From positions 1-36,150 of IMG/VR virus record IMGVR_UViG_3300024988_000239: 36,150 bases of DNA; one strand, 5' to 3'. Below, piece by piece: positions 16,803-25,309 of this stretch; positions within the stretch are counted from its first letter, which is position 1; each line of letters starts with the position of its first letter. Source of the stretch: a virus. Taxonomy: Duplodnaviria; Caudoviricetes. Both the position numbers and the translations under genes were made by a program. The notes under the pieces were generated by a model. It did not search any database and had not been told where the DNA came from. It saw only the letters and a list, made by a program, of their open reading frames with translations.

Positions 16803-19715
16803 ATGTCCAAATTAGTTAGTACTGCACAAATAACACTTACAGATCAGAATGACTATATTTTTACAAGTTCAATTCCTCCAGCAAATCCGATTACAGGATT
16901 GACCTTGTGGATTGATACTTCAATTACACCTAATCACTTAAAGCGATGGAATGGCTATGATTGGGAAATAGTGAATGATGTGAAGATTGGAGGGACTAAC
17001 TTACTTCCTAATTCAAGTTTTGAAGATAAGATCAACTTGTGGACAGTTCATGGGCCAGATGTCGTTCAAAGTGTTACTGGTGGATATGACGGAGGTTTGT
17101 GTATTTACATTCCTGGGGTAGGACAGGTAAATGCTGGATTATATCTTCCGCATGTTACATGTGAAACTGGACAGGTATACACCTTCAGTTGCATGGTTAA
17201 AGTTGTCTCGGTTGGTATACGTGTAAGTCTTGGCTGGAGAGATAGTTATAATTCGTCAATCCAAGGTCAACTGGCAAGCTTACCACTAAATACATGGCGA
17301 AAGGTTAATGTTACATTTATGGGTGATGGTTCAACAGCGCCAATTTATTTAATTTCGACAGGATATAATCTGTACATCGATCATGTGAAATTGGAGAAAG
17401 GCAACACAGCAACTGACTGGTCACCTTCTCCACATGATACAATTAAGATTGCAGGCAGAAATCTTTTAACAAACAGTGGTATGCCAATAACGAGTAGTGC
17501 CTATCTTGTTAAAGAATATCAGGTAACTTCACTATCTGTAAATGAAAAATATACGATTGTTATAAAAGCAATTGTTGCTATTGGACAAATGTTGGGAGTT
17601 TATTGGAACGGAGGCTTTAATCTTGCTAAAATTTTCAACAGACAAGAAGGTGAAAGCCTGTATTATGCTCATATTACCAGCCCTAATTCATTAACAAGCA
17701 ATTCTCTTTGGGTGTATAATTTGCCAAATTCGGGTGCACAAATGACAATCAAATTTGCATGTTTGTACGAGGGGCATATTTCACCTCCTATTGACTGGTC
17801 GCCAGCTCCTGAAGATATGCTTTTACAGCTGAATGATATTTCAGATGATAACAAACTTACACCTGATGAAAAGCAAAGGGCTTTAAAGGAATGGGAATCA
17901 ATACAGAGTGAAGTTAGCCCTATCAGAACTCAGGCTGATTTATTCAAAGTCAGTCGTACAATCTATGATGCCGTATATTCTACTTTACATTCATACATTA
18001 CACCGTTATTGTCAAATCTCACTACAACGAGTGATATCGTTGGCTCAACATTCAGATCTAGGTTTAATGAATATTACACTGCAAGAACAAATTTATTGTT
18101 AGCCATCAGCAAGCAGCAAATGGACAATGTTGATAACATCATTGTAGGTGGTGAAAATCTCTACAACGACAGCAAAGAACTGTATGTTTGGTCTCCTGGA
18201 GGTTCAACACCAACAATAGCAAGGAACACTACAAATACTCCAAACGGATTTGAATTTTTATCTTCAGATGGCGGAAATGGTGTTGATGTGAGAATATCAA
18301 ACGTAATACATGGAAATGGTTACTACGTAGTTTCATTTTGGGCTAAAGTAATATCCGGGACTCATTCCATCAATGTGGATTTGGCTGATAATTTTGCCGG
18401 ATCTTTTGTTTTGAATACTAGTTGGAAAAGAATTGAAGCTATCGCTAATGTGCAGAATTACACTCAGACAATCTACCATTTTGTGGATATTTCTACCAGC
18501 TCGTACATGACGTGTTATGTTAAAGATTTTCAAGTTCAAAGAGGTAATAAATCTACGGAATACAGAAAATCTACGGAATTTATAACTCAAGCAATTCAAG
18601 GAAGCACTGATATTAACGGAGGTTTAGTTGCAACTCATTTATTGATGCTTAAAAACAATAGTAATTCTGTTACGAGTGGAGTGTCCGGGCTAAGTTCAGA
18701 CAATATTGGATTTTGGTCAGGAGGAACTTACAGTGAAGCATTAAATGGCTCTGCAAATACGTTAATCAGAAAAGATGGAAGTGGTCATTTTGCCGGAGGA
18801 AATATAAACTGGGATGTCTCGGGAAATATTGCCTTTAGAGGTTTTGTTGATGCAATTGGAGGACGAATAGGAGGAATGACAATCCAGCAAAATTCACTTG
18901 CCACATTGAATCTAAGTTTTTCAGATACTCCGGTTGAATCCATTGCCAGTCTGCTTTCTCCATCAACTGCATATTTTTATTATCAGAGCACTTGGTTTAA
19001 TTCTGATATGAATACTGCACATGCGTATACACAACAACTGTATTTGACTATTGATGCACAAATTTCTTTTAAGGTAACTACAACCTCAGATGGCGACGCT
19101 AAGAGGTGGAGAGTAGAAATCATTAATCCGGATAGTCAAATAGTTTTTGCTGATACAGGTATAGGGGTCATTACTAAAAAGCTGTACACAATCAATTTGA
19201 GAGCTGGTTCTTATGTATTACATGCTTACTCAACAAGCTCAGCTATAATACCCTTGATAGCATTAAACTCAGCTTTAATTGAGGGTGCGTTTCAATCAGA
19301 CTTATTGCAGGCAACCGGTTTTGTCAATCAAACTAAAATTGGGAACAATGGATTATATTCTTTTTGGAGCAATCAGCTTTATCTGTATTTCTCCAGTCAA
19401 ACAGGATTTGAACTAAAAGGTCCAACGAACATGCCTGGTGTTTTAGCTAGTGGAAGTATAGATAGTTCCGGAGCTCATACAAATTATTGGGGAGCAAAGA
19501 TAAACACATCAAATGCCAGTTATACAGCTACAGGCATCTATGATGTTCCGCATAGAGCAGGGTCAGTTTATCAGGTTATGATACAGCCAACCATTGATAA
19601 TGTACGTGCTGTTGTTACATCAAAAGGATACAATACATTCAGAGTGCAGCTTAGAACTAACTCAGGTTCAGCAACATTGGGAAGTTTTGATTATGTGATT
19701 TTTGGGGATAATTAG
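16803..19715 (+). CDS. Tail fibre/receptor-binding protein with three carbohydrate-binding-module-like repeats
   Basis: Repeat starts KIGGTNLL, KIAGRNLL, IVGGENLY. Repeat ends KLEKGNTATDWSPSP, DWSPAPED, QVQRGNKSTEY. Confidence 0.75.
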   Translation: MSKLVSTAQITLTDQNDYIFTSSIPPANPITGLTLWIDTSITPNHLKRWNGYDWEIVNDVKIGGTNLLPNSSFEDKINLWTVHGPDVVQSVTGGYDGGLCIYIPGVGQVNAGLYLPHVTCETGQVYTFSCMVKVVSVGIRVSLGWRDSYNSSIQGQLASLPLNTWRKVNVTFMGDGSTAPIYLISTGYNLYIDHVKLEKGNTATDWSPSPHDTIKIAGRNLLTNSGMPITSSAYLVKEYQVTSLSVNEKYTIVIKAIVAIGQMLGVYWNGGFNLAKIFNRQEGESLYYAHITSPNSLTSNSLWVYNLPNSGAQMTIKFACLYEGHISPPIDWSPAPEDMLLQLNDISDDNKLTPDEKQRALKEWESIQSEVSPIRTQADLFKVSRTIYDAVYSTLHSYITPLLSNLTTTSDIVGSTFRSRFNEYYTARTNLLLAISKQQMDNVDNIIVGGENLYNDSKELYVWSPGGSTPTIARNTTNTPNGFEFLSSDGGNGVDVRISNVIHGNGYYVVSFWAKVISGTHSINVDLADNFAGSFVLNTSWKRIEAIANVQNYTQTIYHFVDISTSSYMTCYVKDFQVQRGNKSTEYRKSTEFITQAIQGSTDINGGLVATHLLMLKNNSNSVTSGVSGLSSDNIGFWSGGTYSEALNGSANTLIRKDGSGHFAGGNINWDVSGNIAFRGFVDAIGGRIGGMTIQQNSLATLNLSFSDTPVESIASLLSPSTAYFYYQSTWFNSDMNTAHAYTQQLYLTIDAQISFKVTTTSDGDAKRWRVEIINPDSQIVFADTGIGVITKKLYTINLRAGSYVLHAYSTSSAIIPLIALNSALIEGAFQSDLLQATGFVNQTKIGNNGLYSFWSNQLYLYFSSQTGFELKGPTNMPGVLASGSIDSSGAHTNYWGAKINTSNASYTATGIYDVPHRAGSVYQVMIQPTIDNVRAVVTSKGYNTFRVQLRTNSGSATLGSFDYVIFGDN

Positions 19716-19769
19716 GATTTATTAGAAATATTTCATAGCTTTGCACGTATAATCAAATACTAACTATTT

Positions 19770-21605
19770 ATGAAAAAGCCTATTCTGAATTTATTTTTCA
19801 TTCTAATTGGAATTGCTTTTGTAAGTTGTGATGAAGAAGTTGACCCTAAACTGTTGCCAGTTGTTAGCACGACAGAAGTTAGATCAATTTCATACTACTC
19901 AGCTCAAAGTGGTGGTGTAATCACTGGAGATGGTGGTTATGATGTAATAGCCCGTGGAGTTTGTTGGAATACTTCTCCAAATCCGGATATTAAAGGCTCA
20001 AAGACAGTCGATGCTGCCGGAACAGGAACTTTTGAAAGCTCGATAGATAGCCTTTTACCCGGCACTACTTATTATTTGAGAGCTTATGCAACCAACAAGA
20101 AAGGAACATCTTACGGATTGCAAGTTACTTTTACTACAAAAAATCTCACTTTATCTGAAGTTATTACATCTCCGGTAACATCAATCACGAGTACTTCAGC
20201 CTTAACAGGAGGTTCAATTTTTATAGATGGAGGTACACCAATAACTGCCCGTGGAGTCTGTTGGAGTATGGCACCAAATCCCACGAAAAATGATAGTACA
20301 ACCGTTGATGGGGCCGGTATTGGTAATTTTATCAGCACACTTTCAAGATTGAAAACCGGCACTACGTATTATGTAAAAGCATATTCGACAAATTCTCAAG
20401 GCACTTCGTACGGTAATGAAGTGCAATTTAGAACACAATTATCAATACCAGAAGTAAGAACTTCTGCAATTACTTCTATTACATCATCTTCTGCAATTTC
20501 GGGAGGTGAAATTTTACATGATGGAGGTGAAGCAGTAAGTGCTAGGGGGATTTGTTGGAGCACATCACCAAGCCCTACTATCAATAACAGTAAAACTGTG
20601 ACCGGATCAGGAGTAGGAAGTTATACAAGCACACTTTCAAATTTAAAATCCGGAACTCAATACTACGTTAGGGCTTATGCTACTAATTCAATAGGAACTG
20701 CCTACGGGAATGAATTAACCTTTACTTCAACATTAGGCTTGCCTGAACTTTCTACTATTAAAGTTACAGATATAATATCAGGCACGGCAAAGTGTGGTGG
20801 CATTATTACGCATGATGGTGGAGCCGAGATTACCTCAAGAGGTGTGTGTTGGAGCACTTCACCAAATCCTTCGTTAACCGACAATAGAACAACAGATGGA
20901 ATTGGGACTGGTAGTTTTACAAGCAATTTGGTAAACTTGCAGCAAGGGGAATTTTATTTTGTCAGAGCCTATGCAACGAATTCAGTTGGTATTTCATATG
21001 GCAATGAAATCAAATTTTACATAACTAATCCGGGAGAGGTTTATAATCCTGTCACCGGAAGAATTTGGATGGACCGAAACCTTGGTGCAAGCCGTGTTGC
21101 TACATCAGCCACTGATGAACAAGCCTATGGAGATTTATATCAGTGGGGACGTGCTACGGATGGACATGAGAAGCGCACTTCTCCGACAACTACTATTTTA
21201 AGTATTCGTGATACTCCCAATCATGGTTATTTTATCATCGTAAAAAGTGGTGTTTTAGACTGGCGTACACCTCAAAACAATTACCTGTGGAGTAAAAAAT
21301 ACAATATTAACAATCCTTGTCCTGAGGGATTTCGCGTACCCACTGCAGATGAATGGGAGGCAGAACGTGCCAGCTGGAGTAGTAATGGCTCGGCAGGAGC
21401 TTTTGATTCTCCTCTGAAATTGCCCCTGGCGGGCTACCGCTTCCTCGGCTCAGATACGCTTTTCAATGTTGGTACCAAAGGTTATTATTGGTCAGCTGAT
21501 GTGCATGGTACGTACGCTAAACTCCTGTATTTCTTCAGTAGCGAAGCGCACATAAACACCCTAAGCCGTGCGTACGGATTCTGTGTTCGCTGCATCAAAG
21601 ATTAA
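19770..21605 (+). CDS. Lipoprotein with four FN3-like repeats and a C-terminal Fibrobacter succinogenes major-domain-like (CLec fold) region
   Basis: Lipobox FVSC then DEE. Four ~97-aa repeats RGVCW...YYxRAYATN...YG. WMDRNLGA, GDLYQWGR, PCPEGFRVPT, GYYWS, GFCVRCIKD. Own -7 element TAGCTTTG at 19736-19743. Confidence 0.85.
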   Translation: MKKPILNLFFILIGIAFVSCDEEVDPKLLPVVSTTEVRSISYYSAQSGGVITGDGGYDVIARGVCWNTSPNPDIKGSKTVDAAGTGTFESSIDSLLPGTTYYLRAYATNKKGTSYGLQVTFTTKNLTLSEVITSPVTSITSTSALTGGSIFIDGGTPITARGVCWSMAPNPTKNDSTTVDGAGIGNFISTLSRLKTGTTYYVKAYSTNSQGTSYGNEVQFRTQLSIPEVRTSAITSITSSSAISGGEILHDGGEAVSARGICWSTSPSPTINNSKTVTGSGVGSYTSTLSNLKSGTQYYVRAYATNSIGTAYGNELTFTSTLGLPELSTIKVTDIISGTAKCGGIITHDGGAEITSRGVCWSTSPNPSLTDNRTTDGIGTGSFTSNLVNLQQGEFYFVRAYATNSVGISYGNEIKFYITNPGEVYNPVTGRIWMDRNLGASRVATSATDEQAYGDLYQWGRATDGHEKRTSPTTTILSIRDTPNHGYFIIVKSGVLDWRTPQNNYLWSKKYNINNPCPEGFRVPTADEWEAERASWSSNGSAGAFDSPLKLPLAGYRFLGSDTLFNVGTKGYYWSADVHGTYAKLLYFFSSEAHINTLSRAYGFCVRCIKD

Positions 21606-21629
21606 AGCATAGCTGAACCATTTTATAAG

Positions 21630-21666
21630 AAAAAACCGGAACATCACTGCTCCGGTTTTTGTTTTT
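21630..21666. terminator. Bidirectional terminator between convergent lipoprotein genes
   Basis: AAAAAACCGGA-acatcactgc-TCCGGTTTTT. Confidence 0.78.
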
Positions 21667-22231
21667 AATGCAATCCCTGCTTTTTCAATTCCCTATATTC
21701 AGCACCCGTTATTGGCCTAAACTTAAATGCGTTGTAGAATAATCTATACACTTCATCGTATTTCTGTTCTGCAAAAGCCAAACGAATTTTCCGTTCTGCT
21801 TCTCTTAACACTGCATTCGGAATATAGGCGATTGTGTCAATGTCATCGTTTGCTCTAAATATTTCAATAACCATATCATACGCTTCAAGTAAGTCCGGTA
21901 TAAAATATCCATCAGGATGTAATATATCAGTGGCATATCTTAGTAATGCCGGTTCTTCTGAAATGGTATCTTTCCCGGCAAATCCTATAGATGCACCTAG
22001 TCCGGTTGTAGCATTCAATGCTGCATTGTAGCATCTGATATTGTTAGCTCGTTTGACGATCTCCAAATGAGTAAGATGTTCCGGGTTTTCGGAGACTCTT
22101 TGTGCAATTGCATTCGACATTTGCTTCTCTCCTTTTATTTGCAACATAGTTGTAGGGTCAAGATAGAACCCTCTTTCTTGCTCACATGATATGAGCGTAA
22201 CAATCAACGAAATAAATAAAATCCTATTCAT
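21665..22231 (-). CDS. Lipoprotein of unknown function (moron)
   Basis: Lipobox LISC then EQE. Minus-strand TATATTTG -7 element at 22258-22265. Confidence 0.8.
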   Translation of the reverse strand: MNRILFISLIVTLISCEQERGFYLDPTTMLQIKGEKQMSNAIAQRVSENPEHLTHLEIVKRANNIRCYNAALNATTGLGASIGFAGKDTISEEPALLRYATDILHPDGYFIPDLLEAYDMVIEIFRANDDIDTIAYIPNAVLREAERKIRLAFAEQKYDEVYRLFYNAFKFRPITGAEYRELKKQGLH

Positions 22232-22301
22232 GACAAAATATATTAGTATTAAAGTAGCAAATATAGCATATATTATAATATATTACAAATAATTATTTAT
22301 A

Positions 22302-22339
22302 AAAGTGCTTGCCGTATAAGCATCTTATTGGTAAATTTG
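22302..22339 (+). promoter_or_regulatory. Putative late promoter of the lysis cassette
   Basis: AAAGTGCTTGCCGTATAAGCA at 22302-22322, then TAAATTTG at 22332-22339. Confidence 0.68.
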
Positions 22340-22357
22340 CGATATATTTCTAATGAC

Positions 22358-22642
22358 ATGGTTAATCAAAGTGATAAGATTACTCCAAAAACCTGGATAG
22401 GCTGGGCGTTAACAATCATTTTGTCGATTGTAGGTGCATGGACTTCCATGAGTTCGAGGGTTTATTCCACGGAATCCCAAATCCGGCTTTTGGAATTACG
22501 TGTTTCGGCAGTCGAAAAGGGTTACGATAAACAGCTTGAAACGATGGTGAAGCTGAATGAACAATATAACGAAATTAAACAGTCATTAATTCGGATTGAA
22601 GGTGTGTTAAACACCAAAGCAGATAAACAATACAGACAATAG
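22358..22642 (+). CDS. Single-TM coiled-coil lysis-associated protein (holin/XhlA-like)
   Basis: N-terminal TM WIGWALTIILSIVGAW followed by a heptad coil. First gene of the lysis cassette. Confidence 0.6.
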   Translation: MVNQSDKITPKTWIGWALTIILSIVGAWTSMSSRVYSTESQIRLLELRVSAVEKGYDKQLETMVKLNEQYNEIKQSLIRIEGVLNTKADKQYRQ

Positions 22643-22645
22643 GTT

Positions 22646-23011
22646 ATGATGAACATTGTGGGGTGGATTAAAGGTAAGCTAAAAAGCTTTCCGGAGTTGT
22701 ATTCAATACCCATTGCTTTACTGGCATGGGTGATAAGCATTGAGTTTTTGAGGGCATTGGATGAAACGGTTGGTATTTATGATTCCGGAATTTTTCAGAT
22801 TCCGATCTTTTCAATCATTTTACTATTCACCTTTTTATCGGTTGCATGGTTGGCAATGGGCTTAATCTTTGGCTCATTGAGAAGATTTTTGAAGGATGAA
22901 TTTAAAAACGCATTTCAGCAGTTAGATGTATGGGAAAAGGTTCTATTGTCGTATATGGTGTTCTTCTCGCTTGTGTTTTCACTTGTAGCTCTTTCCTTCG
23001 TGCTGACATAA
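22646..23011 (+). CDS. Putative holin (3 TM segments)
   Basis: Three hydrophobic stretches, directly upstream of the endolysin. Confidence 0.65.
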   Translation: MMNIVGWIKGKLKSFPELYSIPIALLAWVISIEFLRALDETVGIYDSGIFQIPIFSIILLFTFLSVAWLAMGLIFGSLRRFLKDEFKNAFQQLDVWEKVLLSYMVFFSLVFSLVALSFVLT

Positions 23012-23466
23012 GGCAAAAGGTTGTCGGTATTTATTCAGCAGAAATTGGAGTAAGGGAACGAACCGGAAACAATGATGGTGAAAAGGTGGAGATGTATTTG
23101 AAATCATGCGGTCTGAAAAAAGGCCAGCCATGGTGTGCTGCCTTTGTCACATGGACCTTCCAGCAAGCCGGAGTTGAAACCGTTATCAGTGCTTATTCTC
23201 CTTCATGGTTCCCGGCTAAAAAGGTTATCTACACTCATGGTTCAAAACAGAATCTTATTCCGGTTCAGGCCGATGTTTTCGGTATTTACTTCTCCTCCAA
23301 AGGTCGGATAGCTCATGTTGGTTTTATTGATCAATGGGCTGAAAATTCATCTTTCTGTATTACAGTTGAAGGAAACACAAACGAAGCCGGGAGTCGGGAA
23401 GGGGATGGTGTTTATCGAAAAAGAAGGTTAAAAAAACAGATATATAAGGTTAGCAGATGGATTTAA
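22930..23466 (+). CDS. CHAP-type endolysin with an N-terminal hydrophobic signal
   Basis: PWCAAFVTW (catalytic Cys), AHVGFI (His), TVEGNT. Confidence 0.88.
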   Translation: MGKGSIVVYGVLLACVFTCSSFLRADIRQKVVGIYSAEIGVRERTGNNDGEKVEMYLKSCGLKKGQPWCAAFVTWTFQQAGVETVISAYSPSWFPAKKVIYTHGSKQNLIPVQADVFGIYFSSKGRIAHVGFIDQWAENSSFCITVEGNTNEAGSREGDGVYRKRRLKKQIYKVSRWI

Positions 23467-24017
23467 GGATTACAAAGCTGATGATAGTTAACATACTGTT
23501 GTTGAGTGCGTGTTCTGTTCACCGGAAACCTTCACCAATTATTTCAAAACAAAGTTCAGGGGAAACTGAACTGGTTCGTAAAGTCGTTGTTGACACTGTT
23601 AACACTCAACTAAAAGCGGAGAATATCGCTACTGAACAAAGTTCGACACAAAACATTGAGTTGATCTCCATCGTTCGGGAGTTTGATACCGAAAAACCTG
23701 TTTCTGAAATTACTGGTACCCCACCAATTAAAAAAGAGTCCATTACAGCGACTCTAAGCGTTTTAAAATCACAACTCAATAATACCCATCAAATAACTTC
23801 AAGCGGCACTAGAAGCTTATCAAAATCATTTGATGAGTATTTACGAGAGAGATACAATATCGATAGCCTGGTAAAAGTTGAAGTTGCCAGTATCAATGCT
23901 GAAAAGAAGAATACCAAATTACCATATGTTGTTTTGATTGCCATTGTTGTTTTGTTTTTTTTCTTTCATACCTACATCTATAGGTTGTTTCAATTTTTAA
24001 TCAAAAAGTTGTATTAA
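23457..24017 (+). CDS. Putative unimolecular spanin-like lipoprotein
   Basis: Lipobox LLLSAC plus C-terminal TM (YVVLIAIVVLFFFF), last gene of the lysis cassette. Confidence 0.65.
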   Translation: MDLRITKLMIVNILLLSACSVHRKPSPIISKQSSGETELVRKVVVDTVNTQLKAENIATEQSSTQNIELISIVREFDTEKPVSEITGTPPIKKESITATLSVLKSQLNNTHQITSSGTRSLSKSFDEYLRERYNIDSLVKVEVASINAEKKNTKLPYVVLIAIVVLFFFFHTYIYRLFQFLIKKLY

Positions 24018-24040
24018 CAGATTAGTTTGCGATTATGCCG

Positions 24041-24072
24041 AGCCTTCGTTGTGAAACGAGGGCTTTGTTTTT
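24041..24072 (+). terminator. Intrinsic terminator after the lysis cassette
   Basis: AGCCTTCGTT-gtga-AACGAGGGCT followed by TTGTTTTT. Confidence 0.75.
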
Positions 24073-24091
24073 AATGCGCTGTATGTCAATT

Positions 24092-24170
24092 AGTTAAACA
24101 ATATTAAACACAGAGTTAACCAACTCTAAAAGTATTGACAATACAAATATACTAAAGTAAGTTTGCTTCA
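24092..24170 (+). promoter_or_regulatory. Repeated promoter unit, copy 3
   Basis: AGTTAAACAA at 24092 and TAAGTTTG at 24158-24165, same 66-nt offset as copies 1 and 2. Confidence 0.72.
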
Positions 24171-24198
24171 TAATTAAATAGCAGTAAATCAAATAGAT

Positions 24199-24606
24199 AT
24201 GAGCTTAATAACTAAAAATAAAGAAGTCGAATTACTTCTCAACCTACTTGAAGGTAATGGTTCCTTCGCTGAAAAATTCGGAAAAGATATTCCAGTGATG
24301 ATTGAAAACATCAAAAAGGATTTCCCGATAGAAAACGGAACCTCAATCATAGCAGACGAGTTTAAGCACATTCGGGAGAAGGAACAGCTTCTTCAGAATT
24401 ACGAGAATGAAATCGGCCAGTTGAATAAAGAACACGAAGCCCAGCTTCAGGAACTGTATATCTTCTTTCTGAAATGCGATAATGAAAAGATGTACAACAA
24501 AGTGGTAGCTGATTTAGGAGTTGAAAAAACTATCAAGCTTAAACATCAGCAACAACTTCCTTTTACAGAGAGTGAAATAAACTACATGGTCAACAAATTA
24601 AAGTAA
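24199..24606 (+). CDS. Hypothetical helical phage protein
   Basis: 135-aa ORF directly after promoter copy 3. Confidence 0.75.
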   Translation: MSLITKNKEVELLLNLLEGNGSFAEKFGKDIPVMIENIKKDFPIENGTSIIADEFKHIREKEQLLQNYENEIGQLNKEHEAQLQELYIFFLKCDNEKMYNKVVADLGVEKTIKLKHQQQLPFTESEINYMVNKLK

Positions 24607-24612
24607 TCCACT

Positions 24613-24804
24613 ATGCAACTCTTCAAAGTATACACAAAGGTCACAAGGCAGGGCACACTGCTTTACAATTCCTACTACTTAGTCCGGGCCGAAAATAAGC
24701 AGAAAGCCCGGGAGAAAGCAAAAGAGATAGCCTGGATTGAGCATGCACCTTCGATGCAGTCCAAACTTTCAGTCAAAACATCATTAAACGATTTCGTAAA
24801 ATAA
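24613..24804 (+). CDS. Small hypothetical protein
   Basis: Operonic spacing. VRAENKQKAREKA beta-beta-alpha pattern common in small phage proteins. Confidence 0.65.
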   Translation: MQLFKVYTKVTRQGTLLYNSYYLVRAENKQKAREKAKEIAWIEHAPSMQSKLSVKTSLNDFVK

Positions 24805-24835
24805 TAGCAACTAATCAATTAAAATTTTTTACATC

Positions 24836-25291
24836 ATGACAGTTTACAAAAGCCCCATGCCCGAAATTTCAATCAAGTACAAAGCAGGGCACCTTAAAAA
24901 AGCACTCGTTACATGTTCTCAACATCTTTATGAAGTATTCAAAGAAATGTACGACCAAGACACCGTCGAAATCATTGAATCTATGGTTGTCCTTTACTTG
25001 AACAATGGTAACAAAACAATAGGCTGGACAAGGCATTCATCGGGTGGAACCTGTCACACGGTAGTAGATGTGCGGATGATTATGACAGAAGCACTCCTAT
25101 GCGGAGCTACCACCATTGCAATCAGCCATAATCATCCTTCAGGCCAGTTGTTTCCCAGCAAAGAGGATGAAAGAATCACTCAGAAACTAAAAGCAGCATG
25201 TGATTTCATGCAAATGCGATTACTGGATCATATCATAGTCCCGGGAGATTTAAACGGTTATTATTCATTTTGCGATGAAGGAAAAATCTAA
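24836..25291 (+). CDS. RadC-like JAB/MPN domain protein
   Basis: E...LYLN, SHNHPSG..PSKED, LLDHII motifs. Confidence 0.92.
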   Translation: MTVYKSPMPEISIKYKAGHLKKALVTCSQHLYEVFKEMYDQDTVEIIESMVVLYLNNGNKTIGWTRHSSGGTCHTVVDVRMIMTEALLCGATTIAISHNHPSGQLFPSKEDERITQKLKAACDFMQMRLLDHIIVPGDLNGYYSFCDEGKI

Positions 25292-25309
25292 TCAATAAAA
25301 TATCAGGTT

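Noticed and set aside
19850-21020. Repeated ~290-bp units as a possible CRISPR array or invertible shufflon
   Set aside because: They are degenerate in-frame FN3-like protein repeats, with no identical short repeats, spacers or inverted sites.
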